This document shows, piece by piece, positions 49,563 to 59,740 of a DNA stretch of 64,000 bases. Source of the DNA: a virus; the IMG/VR virus record IMGVR_UViG_3300032092_003271, positions 1-64,000 of that record; one strand, written 5' to 3'. The first letter of the stretch is position 1. Every line of letters starts with the position of its first letter. A program made the position numbers and the translations under genes. The notes beneath the pieces were generated by a model. It worked only from the letters and a program-made list of their open reading frames with translations. It did no database searches and was not told where the DNA came from.

Positions 49563-49846
49563 TATGCAGATGGAGTTGTGTATGGTTTGTTTGGTTGGTA
49601 TTCATTAACTTTTATTTCATTTTTTCTTTCAATAATATCAATTGATGAACCACCATTGATCGTATCTAAGAAAATTCCAGTACCTTTACCTGACTCATCA
49701 CCATCTGATAGTGCATCAGGGTTAACCGCAGAATATGGATTTACCGTTTTGTAATCATTTTTTACAAGAAGGCTTTTTCTTTGGATGTCAGCAACTGCAG
49801 TCAAATCATTTGCTGGTTGGCTAAAATCTAATCTTTCTGTTTGCAT
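49562..49846 (-). CDS. hypothetical protein
   Basis: 94 aa, coupled to the WYL gene. Confidence 0.75.
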   Translation of the reverse strand: MQTERLDFSQPANDLTAVADIQRKSLLVKNDYKTVNPYSAVNPDALSDGDESGKGTGIFLDTINGGSSIDIIERKNEIKVNEYQPNKPYTTPSA

Positions 49847-49847
49847 T

Positions 49848-50318
49848 TTAAATTATTTGTTTCATTATTTGGTTTATTCTGTCAAGGTCTTCTTTAATTC
49901 TAACATCTTGTGTAAAAGTGCTATGTTCCTTAGAAGGTCTTGACATATCGGCAATAGGTCCTAAATCTTTAATTAATTTATCATCTATTTCGTCCGGCAT
50001 ATAATCGTTTTGTATTTGATTTGAAAAATTGTCATTTTTTCTGAGTCCTTGAATTGTATTCTCAACCCAATTTTTCATATAATCGGCTCCATTTAAAACA
50101 AATGGTGCGTCAGTCCCATCACCTTCATAATTATCAAACCAATTTTTTATCCTACCAAGTTGTTGGTATGTTACATATCCAGTATCCCTTAATTCCTCAT
50201 TTCTTTTGTGACCTTCAATTGATGGGTCTGAATTAGGAATGTGATCAAAACATACTTGAAGATATTCAACTACTTCTTTTGGTAGTTCAATAGTTTTATT
50301 ATATAAATTACTATTCAC
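49848..50318 (-). CDS. hypothetical protein
   Basis: 156 aa; C-terminal IKEDLDRINQIM. Confidence 0.75.
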   Translation of the reverse strand: MNSNLYNKTIELPKEVVEYLQVCFDHIPNSDPSIEGHKRNEELRDTGYVTYQQLGRIKNWFDNYEGDGTDAPFVLNGADYMKNWVENTIQGLRKNDNFSNQIQNDYMPDEIDDKLIKDLGPIADMSRPSKEHSTFTQDVRIKEDLDRINQIMKQII

Positions 50319-51195
50319 CTTGTTTTAAATGTTTTACCAATTTATCAATACTAATACCTTCTTTATCTGCAAGTCTTTTAATCGCTTCAATATTTCTTAT
50401 TAATATTTTAGAGACTGGTTTAGATAATTTATCGTCTTCTTTTGTTTTTTTTACAACTTCTTTGTCTTTGGATTTTTTTGAAAGTAATATCTCATCAATC
50501 AAAGTTTCCATTTTTTCTTTTTCTAATTCAGACAATCTTCTTTTTGTAAAACAATTTTTACAATGTCCTCGTTTCTTTTCGTTTTTTAATTCTTTATCTA
50601 AATTTCTATCAAACCCCAATCTTTTTAATCTTTCATCCCTTTCAATAGGATCCTCAACCTCCATCTTTTTTAATATTTTATTTGCAACATCATAAGTAGG
50701 TGCAAATTCGGTTTCTTCAAAACCAAAAGATTCAGATTGATCAACTTCACTTAATGTGTTATTTTTCACATCTTCAGACTCACCATAATAAACACGAATG
50801 AATGGCCACTGTTGAGCTCTAGTCATACGAACAGTTTGGTCCATAGTTTTCTTGGCCAAATTTCTTTGGTTTAATACGGGTATGTTAGAACTTATTAAAG
50901 AACCATCAGGGTCAACTAATTCATCAATTTCACCGTCATTATGTTTCTTCTTACTATGAGAATCAATTAATTTGTGAACTTGTTGTTTTGTTAACTTTTT
51001 ACCTGATTTTAATATTTTTGAAATTAACTTTTGAATTTCTTCAAATACAGATTTATCAACCTCAATAAATTCATCTTCTTTTCTGGATTCAGATAATGTT
51101 TCAGATACTGAATAATATATACCAACTTTATTCCCTTTATCTTTTAAAAAGAAATAATACGGTTTTTCAAAATACTCTTTATTCAATTCTATCAT
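50311..51195 (-). CDS. hypothetical protein
   Basis: Start moved to ATG 51195 (MIELNKEY), downstream of the minus-strand TATTTAT. Confidence 0.75.
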   Translation of the reverse strand: MIELNKEYFEKPYYFFLKDKGNKVGIYYSVSETLSESRKEDEFIEVDKSVFEEIQKLISKILKSGKKLTKQQVHKLIDSHSKKKHNDGEIDELVDPDGSLISSNIPVLNQRNLAKKTMDQTVRMTRAQQWPFIRVYYGESEDVKNNTLSEVDQSESFGFEETEFAPTYDVANKILKKMEVEDPIERDERLKRLGFDRNLDKELKNEKKRGHCKNCFTKRRLSELEKEKMETLIDEILLSKKSKDKEVVKKTKEDDKLSKPVSKILIRNIEAIKRLADKEGISIDKLVKHLKQGE

Positions 51196-51210
51196 GGTAT
51201 AGTTTTTACA

Positions 51211-51237
51211 ATAAATACTTTCATTTGTTGTATTTAT
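51211..51237. promoter_or_regulatory. back-to-back divergent TATTTAT elements
   Basis: ATAAATA 51211-51217 (for the - gene at 51195) and TATTTAT 51231-51237 (for the + gene at 51249). Confidence 0.7.
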
Positions 51238-51248
51238 AAGTAAAACAC

Positions 51249-53495
51249 ATGGCATACCAAAATATAAATCAATATAACTACCCAAAGTTAAAGTTACAAC
51301 TCATTTATGATGGGCAAGATATGTCTTTGGCGTCTGATGAGGTAGACTTTAATCAAGAGGTAGTTTTTTCTCCATATATAATAGGTACAGATAATGGTGA
51401 AAAATTACCTGTGAATGTTGATTTAAATAGTCCATTATCAACTCAAAACTTAACATTGAGCTATGGTGTGTATAACCCTAATAATGTTGTAATCTCAGAA
51501 TCATTTTATGAACCTAAAGATTTAAGAATTGATTGTTTTACTGCAGGAACAACTTGTGATATTGGTTTAACGGGAATAGATAATGGTTTAGTTGATAATA
51601 TTGTCGGTGAAACTTTAAATTATACAAATGGTTTATTCACAGATGCGGTTAAGTTTGATAGGATGTTTTACGATAGACGAATGAAGTTCATTCAAACAAC
51701 TACAAATGTCCCACAAAATAATAGATTTTCAGGTATACCAAAATATACGGCCTATGAAATGGTATCTAAAAATAATCCACAAGTTGGGAGATACGTTGAA
51801 TTATATGGTGGGTTTTATCAAGGATTTTATAAATTGTTTGGTTATGATTATGAAATTCTACCCGAAAGAATGAAAAAAGGGTGGTCTGTTGAAATGATCT
51901 TGAAACCTAGATTAATTAATGAATATACCCCAAAACCTGGATACGAAACACTAAATCAAATTTACCCGAATAATAAAAATACTTTATTTTATTTAGGGAC
52001 AAGAGCTGAAAATAAATTTTACCATTATGCCGATGGATCACCAAAATGTGATCCTAATTATGTTAGAGTGACTTCAGAATTAGCGGGATGTTTTCAAACG
52101 TGCGCTTGTTGTAATTATGACGTAAATAATAGTAGATGTATATACGTATACCCGCCAAGACCAATTGGTGGTGTTTATGACCCACATATTAATTATGGTT
52201 GTAATCTTTGTAATGGAAATCCTGAGACTAAACTCACTTGTGGATGTGGTTGTGATTTAGATCCTTGTCTCACTTGTGGATGGATGTGTTTTGAACATAA
52301 ATGTAGCACAGTTATAGTCCCTTCCCCTACACCAACACCAACTCCTACACCAACCCCTCCTTGTGATACTTACCCAACTGAAGTTTCGTGTCCACCAAAA
52401 CCTTGTTGTACATCATGCCCAAGTTGTGGATGCGATACTTGCGGTTGTCCACCACCATACCCATCAGATACATTTTCATCTATTGAGGATACTTGTGAAA
52501 AGGACCCCAAGTTTGATGCATTATCAAACAATTTTTCAATTAGATTGTGCGGTGACCCAAAGAATCCAGGAATTGGTATTAGAGTTTTAAAAATAACAGG
52601 AGATTGTGAAACTACAGGAACATGCGTAACAGGACAAACATATGTAACAGGTTATACAATACAAGATATTTGTACACCACCAATTTATCCTTTTTGTTTA
52701 CAAACTAATCCTGCTTGGTTGGAGTATGAGCATTGGTTCCAATTAGACGTTGTGTTTGAAAGATACACGTTTATTGATTATTGTGATTTAAGATGGTTTG
52801 GAGGTTTAGATCAAATTACAAGAGTTGAGTTTTTGGCCTCTCTTGCTAATAACACGGTATCTTTAATTGGACCTCCTGTAACAAATGGTTATGATGTTCC
52901 ACAACAAGTTGAGATAGTACAATTAAATCAAATATGGTTAGATGAGACAAAGTTTAGAAGAGGTAGATTAAGAATTTTTATTAATGGAAGAATATTCTAC
53001 ACAATTGAAGATTTTGAAGAAGTTATACCAAGAGCTTTAGATACTGATAAAGAAAAACAAGTTGCGGTTCCATTTAATATGTCTTGGGGTGGAGGAACAC
53101 AAGGTTTACATGAAAATTTAACTTTATCATCATGTACCGCAACAACTATTGGTGATTATATACAAGATCCTGAATGTTTTCCTGAAAATATTTTAAGTGC
53201 AACTACTTTAAATAAATTAAAAACACACATTCTTTTAGAAGAAAATTTTGCAGGAACTTTTGAAGGTGGAATATCCCAATTTAGATTTTATACTGAACCT
53301 TTATCAGCTCCCGAAGTCAAACATAATTTTAAATTATTGAAAGATAAATTTATGATGTTTGACCCTGATTGCCCTGTTTGTAACACTGAAACTTGTGCGC
53401 CTAACGATTACACATATATAATTTCTAATGATGTAACAACTACAACCACAACATCATCAGGATCAACAGGTAGAGTTTCTTTTAGTTTAGGTTAA
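51249..53495 (+). CDS. putative virion structural protein, ConA/LamG-like with a Cys-rich insert
   Basis: GWSVEMIL, LRIFING, GGISQFRFY..LSA.EVKHNF; central Cys/Pro-rich segment. Confidence 0.7.
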   Translation: MAYQNINQYNYPKLKLQLIYDGQDMSLASDEVDFNQEVVFSPYIIGTDNGEKLPVNVDLNSPLSTQNLTLSYGVYNPNNVVISESFYEPKDLRIDCFTAGTTCDIGLTGIDNGLVDNIVGETLNYTNGLFTDAVKFDRMFYDRRMKFIQTTTNVPQNNRFSGIPKYTAYEMVSKNNPQVGRYVELYGGFYQGFYKLFGYDYEILPERMKKGWSVEMILKPRLINEYTPKPGYETLNQIYPNNKNTLFYLGTRAENKFYHYADGSPKCDPNYVRVTSELAGCFQTCACCNYDVNNSRCIYVYPPRPIGGVYDPHINYGCNLCNGNPETKLTCGCGCDLDPCLTCGWMCFEHKCSTVIVPSPTPTPTPTPTPPCDTYPTEVSCPPKPCCTSCPSCGCDTCGCPPPYPSDTFSSIEDTCEKDPKFDALSNNFSIRLCGDPKNPGIGIRVLKITGDCETTGTCVTGQTYVTGYTIQDICTPPIYPFCLQTNPAWLEYEHWFQLDVVFERYTFIDYCDLRWFGGLDQITRVEFLASLANNTVSLIGPPVTNGYDVPQQVEIVQLNQIWLDETKFRRGRLRIFINGRIFYTIEDFEEVIPRALDTDKEKQVAVPFNMSWGGGTQGLHENLTLSSCTATTIGDYIQDPECFPENILSATTLNKLKTHILLEENFAGTFEGGISQFRFYTEPLSAPEVKHNFKLLKDKFMMFDPDCPVCNTETCAPNDYTYIISNDVTTTTTTSSGSTGRVSFSLG

Positions 53496-53543
53496 ATCAA
53501 AAAGATATAAATAAGGTTATGGTTGTATTTATTTAGAAATACA

Positions 53544-54569
53544 ATGAGTCAAATTATTACAATAAATAGTATCAATCACGACGGTGAACTAGCCAATGTT
53601 TTGTTCACGCCTGATAATGATCCTGTTGTGATAAATTTGGGTGACATAACTTTACCATTTGTTTTTGAACCATCTTTATTAATACCACCAAGAGAAGTTT
53701 ATGGAACTTACACAATTTACACATATGAGGATAAATGTACTAATATATTACAAGTACCACGCCCAACACCTACACCGACACCAACAGTAACACCAACAAG
53801 AACTGCAACGCCAACACCTACACCAACACCAACAGTAACACCAACATACGAACCTTGTGCTTCTGCAACACCTGCACCAACACAAAATCCTACACCGACG
53901 CCAACAAGAACCCCAAGACCTACACCGACGCCAACGACTACACTACCACCTTGTTTGTCACAAACACCGACACCAACACCGACACCAACACCGACTACAC
54001 CTCCGAATTATTTCGCGTATTTGTTTATAGAACCTGTTTCAGGATCATCCGCAATTGGTTCGTATATGTATTCGAATGGATCTAACTTCTTCGGATTCAC
54101 AAACGCTTCCCAACCAACACAAAGTCAGACGCAATTCAATATAGATATGAATTTATATATGAACTACTCTTCATGGACTAATGGACAATTCCCTAGCATC
54201 ATTGTCCAATCTGTTTCACAAACTACAGGTGGTGATGATCTATTTGGAAACCCAATCAGTAAATATAATTTCTTTACAACAGAAATTAAATCTGGTACAG
54301 TACTTTCAAAAGCTTGGTACACTTGGTTTATTCCTGTAATTGCGACAAATAATGAAATACAAACTGAAATCTACATTAATGCAATGGGTAACCCGACCCA
54401 ACAAGAATCTGTTGGAACTGAACCTACTATTAATAGTTATTTAGTTAACTACACAGGATCAACGATTCCTTCAGGAACTTATCGAGTTTATACAACATTC
54501 CCTAACCAAATATTTAGGTTAAACAATAATAACAATATTTATTTTAGAGGTAGCGATACCCAACCATAA
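53544..54569 (+). CDS. putative virion protein with a Pro-Thr repeat linker
   Basis: Start at ATG 53544 after TATTTAT 53526-53532; ~80-aa PT-rich tract. Confidence 0.75.
   Translation: MSQIITINSINHDGELANVLFTPDNDPVVINLGDITLPFVFEPSLLIPPREVYGTYTIYTYEDKCTNILQVPRPTPTPTPTVTPTRTATPTPTPTPTVTPTYEPCASATPAPTQNPTPTPTRTPRPTPTPTTTLPPCLSQTPTPTPTPTPTTPPNYFAYLFIEPVSGSSAIGSYMYSNGSNFFGFTNASQPTQSQTQFNIDMNLYMNYSSWTNGQFPSIIVQSVSQTTGGDDLFGNPISKYNFFTTEIKSGTVLSKAWYTWFIPVIATNNEIQTEIYINAMGNPTQQESVGTEPTINSYLVNYTGSTIPSGTYRVYTTFPNQIFRLNNNNNIYFRGSDTQP
53757..54003 (+). repeat. (Pro-Thr)n coding repeat
   Basis: ccaacaccgacaccaaca-type hexamer repeats. Confidence 0.9.
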
Positions 54570-54581
54570 AATTGATATAGA

Positions 54582-57500
54582 ATGGCAAATCCATATAAAA
54601 ATCCACAAACACCTTTATTAGCGGTTGGAACTTTCTCAGTTCAACCAAGTCAGACATTTGGTACTAATTTTAGTATATATAGTGTTGGTGGTTATATGGA
54701 AGTTTATGAACTTCAGGATTTAATTTATACAATCCCAACTGGATCTCAAGGAGATATAGAATTTTCAGGTAATACAATTCCAATACAATTCCAAAAAGGT
54801 AGTGGATCGGTTTTCTCACCTGACGTTTTAACATTAAATTCGGATAATATTTCGTCAGGTCGTAGAAGACTTGGTATGTTGGCGTATGTTTATTCAACAC
54901 AAGAAATATTCCAATATAATATCCCAAATTATACGACACTTTGGAATAACGCATTGGCGGCTTCAGGACCTGGTGGACCAACCGTACTACAATCAAAATT
55001 TGGAACCACAGTAAAAAGTAATTCAGCTGCAGGACAAGCGTTAATTAATGCTTGGACAGGATCAACAATTCAGGGTCACAGTGGTGGAACTGCCAATTCT
55101 AATTGGAGATTATTAGACACAGGTGGATGTTGTATTACAGGATTTACATACAACAATGACAATAGTTTCACTATATACGATGATAATGGTGGTGTATTTA
55201 CCGCATCTTTTGATGTTGTTACAGGATTGACAGTATCAGGAGGATCTTTAATTGTTAATGGTGTTAATATTACAGGTGACACATTTACAACAGGAGGTAC
55301 ATATTTTAGTGCAACAAGTACAATAGATTTATATGACAATCAAGGGGGTATTGTTACAATTACAGGTATAACGGCATCAGGTGTTGCAGGATCAAACGGA
55401 TCTTCAGGTTCTAGCGGTACTTCAGGAACATCAGGAACATCAGGATCTAATGGATCTTCAGGTATATCCGGTTCTTCAGGATCTAGTGGGACTAGCGGAA
55501 CATCAGGTGTAAGCGGTTTATCAGGAACGAGCGGTTCTTCAGGTTCTTCAGGTTCTTCAGGAATTTCAGGATCTTCAGGGACTTCAGGAACTAGAGGTTC
55601 TTCAGGGACTTCAGGAACTTCAGGGACTAGAGGTTCTTCAGGTAGTTCAGGAAGTGGTGGTACAAGCGGTACAAGCGGAGTTAGTGGTGCGTCAGGAACT
55701 AGCGGTACAAACGGTACAAGCGGTAGTTCAGGAACATCAGGAAGTAGTGGTACAAACGGTACTTCAGGAACATCAGGAACTTCTGGTACAGGTGGTACTT
55801 CAGGTATAAACGGACAATCAAATTCATTATTCCCATATAACGCAAGAGTAGATATCCAATCAGGAGATCCAGGTAATACAAATATTATTTGGAATAATGT
55901 AACACAATCGGCATCAACACAAATAAATATTTCACATTTAGATAATGATAATGATGATATTGATATATTTTTGGGGTTAATTCCAAGTGGAACAACAATT
56001 ATTATCCAAGACCAAATTAATTCAACTGAATTTCAAAAATGGATTGTTGGAGTTGGTGTTGAAGCGGCTCCCAATTCATATTGGACTTTTCCTGTTACAT
56101 TAGTATCATCAACCATTGAATTTACAGGTGGGGAAAATATATTATTTATTATAGGACAATTACCTTCTGGAACAAGTGGGGTATCAGGAACATCAGGAAC
56201 ATCAGGATCTAATGGTTCTTCAGGTACGTCAGGAAATAGCGGTACAGACGGAACTTCAGGGTCTAGTGGTTCTTCAGGAAGTAGTGGTTCTTCAGGAAGA
56301 AGTGGTTCTTCAGGTACGTCAGGAACTAGCGGTATAGATGGAAACGATTCTTCGAATAGTGGTAGATGGGGATATGAGGGCATTTCTACTACTCCCGGAC
56401 CTGGTCGTTTTGGGACGGATAACCCGGTAATGAGTTTAATTGGGTATGTCTACATAAATTCAGAAGCCGAAAACGGTGTAGATTATTCTACATGGCTTTC
56501 AGGAGTAGATAGTATACAAAACCTTGGATTCCCTGTTTCTTTACAAATTACACAGGTAGGTTCTAACAATATTATCGGTATATGGGAAGTTGTTTCTATT
56601 ACTTCAACAGGTAGTGTTTACGAGTTTCAAGTTGACCCGCCATTTGTTACAAATGGTACTATAACAGATACTTGTACAATATCATGGGTATATAATGGGA
56701 TCAGTGGTTCTTCAGGTTCTTCAGGAATTTCAGGATCTTCAGGAATTTCAGGTTCTTCAGGTTCTTCAGGTTCTTCAGGTTCTTCAGGAATTTCAGGATC
56801 TTCAGGGACTTCAGGAACTAGAGGTTCTTCAGGGACTTCAGGGACTAGAGGTTCTTCAGGTAGTTCAGGTTCTTCAGGGACTTCAGGGACTAGAGGTTCT
56901 TCAGGGACTTCAGGGGCTTCAGTTGCCGTTAATGGTATCACAAATTACGTTGTTAAATTTACAGGGTCAACAGGTATCGGTAATAGTCAAATTTTTGATA
57001 ATGGAACCACAGTAAGTATCGGTACATCCGCATCGACTAGTAATTACAAATTAGATGTTCGTGGAGCAACCATTATGTCTGCAACAACAGGAACAAGTCT
57101 AACTGTAATTAGTTCAGGTAACAGTACATCGGCACCCGTACTTTCAGTCCAAGGATCACAAGGCGAATTGTTTAGTGTTACGGATAGTTTAATTGGATCT
57201 TTATTTTCCGTTAATGACATTTCAGGTTTACCTATACTGGAGGTATTTTCTGATAGTACCACAATAATTGGTAACTATTTAGCGCCTTCATTATATACGA
57301 CAACAAAAGTAACATCGATAACTGCATCAACTGGAACAACAATATATTCAATACCGATCAGTGCATACACATCTTCATTTATTGATTATTATGTAAGTGG
57401 AGCCACAGGTATGAGAGCAGGTAATATTATGGCAATATGGAGCGGGACTACTGTACAATCAACAGATAATTCAACCGCAGACATCGGTAGTACAACACCT

Positions 57501-57599
57501 TTAACATTTGGGTTTTTGGTTTCGGGGTCAACAACATTATTTAGTGCGTCAGCATCAACAGGGAATTGGACTGTTGAGTCCATAATAAGGGCATTGTAA
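54582..57599 (+). CDS. fibre-like virion protein with three collagen-like (G-S/T-S)n blocks
   Basis: Gly every third residue in blocks ~55387-55806, ~56164-56340 and ~56697-56921; C-terminal VQGSQGELFSVTDSL.GSLFSVNDISGLPILEV module. Confidence 0.8.
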   Translation: MANPYKNPQTPLLAVGTFSVQPSQTFGTNFSIYSVGGYMEVYELQDLIYTIPTGSQGDIEFSGNTIPIQFQKGSGSVFSPDVLTLNSDNISSGRRRLGMLAYVYSTQEIFQYNIPNYTTLWNNALAASGPGGPTVLQSKFGTTVKSNSAAGQALINAWTGSTIQGHSGGTANSNWRLLDTGGCCITGFTYNNDNSFTIYDDNGGVFTASFDVVTGLTVSGGSLIVNGVNITGDTFTTGGTYFSATSTIDLYDNQGGIVTITGITASGVAGSNGSSGSSGTSGTSGTSGSNGSSGISGSSGSSGTSGTSGVSGLSGTSGSSGSSGSSGISGSSGTSGTRGSSGTSGTSGTRGSSGSSGSGGTSGTSGVSGASGTSGTNGTSGSSGTSGSSGTNGTSGTSGTSGTGGTSGINGQSNSLFPYNARVDIQSGDPGNTNIIWNNVTQSASTQINISHLDNDNDDIDIFLGLIPSGTTIIIQDQINSTEFQKWIVGVGVEAAPNSYWTFPVTLVSSTIEFTGGENILFIIGQLPSGTSGVSGTSGTSGSNGSSGTSGNSGTDGTSGSSGSSGSSGSSGRSGSSGTSGTSGIDGNDSSNSGRWGYEGISTTPGPGRFGTDNPVMSLIGYVYINSEAENGVDYSTWLSGVDSIQNLGFPVSLQITQVGSNNIIGIWEVVSITSTGSVYEFQVDPPFVTNGTITDTCTISWVYNGISGSSGSSGISGSSGISGSSGSSGSSGSSGISGSSGTSGTRGSSGTSGTRGSSGSSGSSGTSGTRGSSGTSGASVAVNGITNYVVKFTGSTGIGNSQIFDNGTTVSIGTSASTSNYKLDVRGATIMSATTGTSLTVISSGNSTSAPVLSVQGSQGELFSVTDSLIGSLFSVNDISGLPILEVFSDSTTIIGNYLAPSLYTTTKVTSITASTGTTIYSIPISAYTSSFIDYYVSGATGMRAGNIMAIWSGTTVQSTDNSTADIGSTTPLTFGFLVSGSTTLFSASASTGNWTVESIIRAL
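55533..56842 (+). repeat. ~83-bp direct repeat between GSS blocks 1 (55533-55615) and 3 (56760-56842), on a background of 9-bp units
   Basis: ggttcttcaggttcttcaggttcttcaggaatttcaggatcttcagggacttcaggaactagaggttcttcagggacttcagg occurs in both. Confidence 0.85.
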
Positions 57600-57600
57600 T

Positions 57601-58305
57601 ATGGCATTTAATTATTCACCTAAAATAGTTACAGATAGATTAGCCATGTATTTAGATGCGGCTAACACCAAATCATATGTTTCAGGTTCAACTACCGCCT
57701 ATTCATTAACTGGATCGATTAACGGTTCATTAATTAATGGAACAGGATATAGTAATATAAATGGAGGGGCTTGGAGGTTTGACGGTATAGATGATAGTAT
57801 TTTTTATGGTCTTCAACCAATTAACTTTAATCCCTCAACTCAACCTTTCTCTATGGGTGGATGGGCCAATTTACTTTCAACCGGAGGAAATGGAAATAGG
57901 GCCGTAATATTAGACATATGCGGTACTAATACATCTCGTTTATATATTGCTATAGATAAAACTAATTTACGTTTGATTGTTGATATAAGACCACCTGCCG
58001 GAACAGTTTACGTTCCAGTATCCGGTAATACAAATTCAATTTCATTAGGAAGATGGGTTTATGGTATGGTTACATTCGATGGGGGTACTATTAATTTATA
58101 TCAAAATGGAGAATTAATTAGTACCGCAACTGGTTTTACTAATTACCCCGTTATAAATTACAATTGGTATAGCGGATTTCAAGATGATGATGACGCAGAT
58201 ATGAATGGATATATAAGTTCAGTCTCATTTTATCTAAAAACATTATCGGCATCAGAAGTTCTCCAAAACTATAACGCAATTAAATCACGATACGGATTAT
58301 TATAA
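57601..58305 (+). CDS. LamG/concanavalin-A-like domain protein 1
   Basis: IVTDRLAMYLDAAN, FDGIDD, LYQNG, LSASEVLQNYNA. Confidence 0.85.
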   Translation: MAFNYSPKIVTDRLAMYLDAANTKSYVSGSTTAYSLTGSINGSLINGTGYSNINGGAWRFDGIDDSIFYGLQPINFNPSTQPFSMGGWANLLSTGGNGNRAVILDICGTNTSRLYIAIDKTNLRLIVDIRPPAGTVYVPVSGNTNSISLGRWVYGMVTFDGGTINLYQNGELISTATGFTNYPVINYNWYSGFQDDDDADMNGYISSVSFYLKTLSASEVLQNYNAIKSRYGLL

Positions 58306-59033
58306 TGGCAGGAAGAATAACATATTACGGTGCTGTAGTAAAAGACGGTCTTGTTTTAGATTTAGATGCCGCAAAACGTGATTCATATATTGGAAATGGA
58401 ATTGTATGGACGGATGTTTCAGGATTCCAAAATATTGGTACGTTAACAAATGGACCTACATTTGATTCAAACAATGGGGGTAGTATTCTATTTGATGGTG
58501 TAGATGATGAGGTTCTTGTTGGTAATGACCGTTATACTATGGTTTCGGCAATGACTTGGGACATATGGGTTAAAAGAATTTCTGATGGAAATGTATTCAA
58601 CATGATGATGAGTAATTTTATGCCATATATGGCTTTCAGAGGGACTGATAGCGGCTCAGACATAAATAAATTTAATGTTGCATACCGTACAGTCACAGGA
58701 GTTACGACAACTCAAAGAAATTTATTAACGACAGGCGCAACTTTTAGTAATAACATATGGTATAATTTTACTTACACTTTATTGTATGATTTACAAAATC
58801 AACTTGCAACCGCAAAAATTTATGTTAACGGAGTATTCAACACGTCATCTTCAAATAACAGTGATTCAGTTTACCAACCATCTGTAGGTAGTAGATTACG
58901 TTTAGGTAACTATACGTCAAATCAATATCCGTTTCCTGGTAACATTAGTAATTTTAAAATCTATCATAAAATACTTTCAGACTCAGAAGTTCTCCAAAAC
59001 TATAATGCACTAAAAGGGAGGTACGGACTATGA
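58305..59033 (+). CDS. LamG/concanavalin-A-like domain protein 2
   Basis: DGLVLDLDAA, FDGVDD, IYVNG, LSDSEVLQNYNA. Confidence 0.85.
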   Translation: MAGRITYYGAVVKDGLVLDLDAAKRDSYIGNGIVWTDVSGFQNIGTLTNGPTFDSNNGGSILFDGVDDEVLVGNDRYTMVSAMTWDIWVKRISDGNVFNMMMSNFMPYMAFRGTDSGSDINKFNVAYRTVTGVTTTQRNLLTTGATFSNNIWYNFTYTLLYDLQNQLATAKIYVNGVFNTSSSNNSDSVYQPSVGSRLRLGNYTSNQYPFPGNISNFKIYHKILSDSEVLQNYNALKGRYGL

Positions 59034-59740
59034 GTACTCTATCAGGTGGTCCTAATATTGTGACCAATGGGTTGGTATTGTATTTGGATGCTGCAAACCC
59101 AAATTCATATGTTTCCGGATCAACTACTTGGAGAGATATTTCTCGTAGTGTAAATAATGGGACATTGATAAATGGACCTACATACAGCAGTGCTAATGGT
59201 GGATCTATCGTTTTTGATGGTTCGGATGATTATGTAAATTTAGGTGTTAATTTAAATAATATTTTTATTGGTTCCTCATTCACCGTAAATATGTGGGTTT
59301 CTATTTCTATTAATTTACCGGACGGCAACGGTTATTCTCTAATATCTAACTATAGTGGTGATATTCCAACAAATAATGGGTTTCAATTAGGTTGGAGAGG
59401 TGGTTTGGGGGACACCTTATACGCTTTTGGGGATGGGTATTTATCTCGTACACTAGATAACGTCACAGGATTAACCTCCAATGTTTGGTACAATATTACT
59501 TTTGTATATGTGAGAAACACGTCAGGAAACATTTATTTAGATGGTATAAATAAAACCAATAATTCATTTACGAATACAGTTAACGCACCAAACCAAAATT
59601 TAAAATTAGGTGTAAGATCCGATAATAATACTTTCCCATGGTATGGTAAGATGGCAATCACCCAAGTCTATAATCGTGCACTAAGTGATTCTGAAATTTT
59701 ACAAAACTATAACGCAATTAAATCACGATTCGGAGTTTAA
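59030..59740 (+). CDS. LamG/concanavalin-A-like domain protein 3
   Basis: NGLVLYLDAAN, FDGSDD, IYLDG, YNRALSDSEILQNYNA. Confidence 0.85.
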   Translation: MSTLSGGPNIVTNGLVLYLDAANPNSYVSGSTTWRDISRSVNNGTLINGPTYSSANGGSIVFDGSDDYVNLGVNLNNIFIGSSFTVNMWVSISINLPDGNGYSLISNYSGDIPTNNGFQLGWRGGLGDTLYAFGDGYLSRTLDNVTGLTSNVWYNITFVYVRNTSGNIYLDGINKTNNSFTNTVNAPNQNLKLGVRSDNNTFPWYGKMAITQVYNRALSDSEILQNYNAIKSRFGV

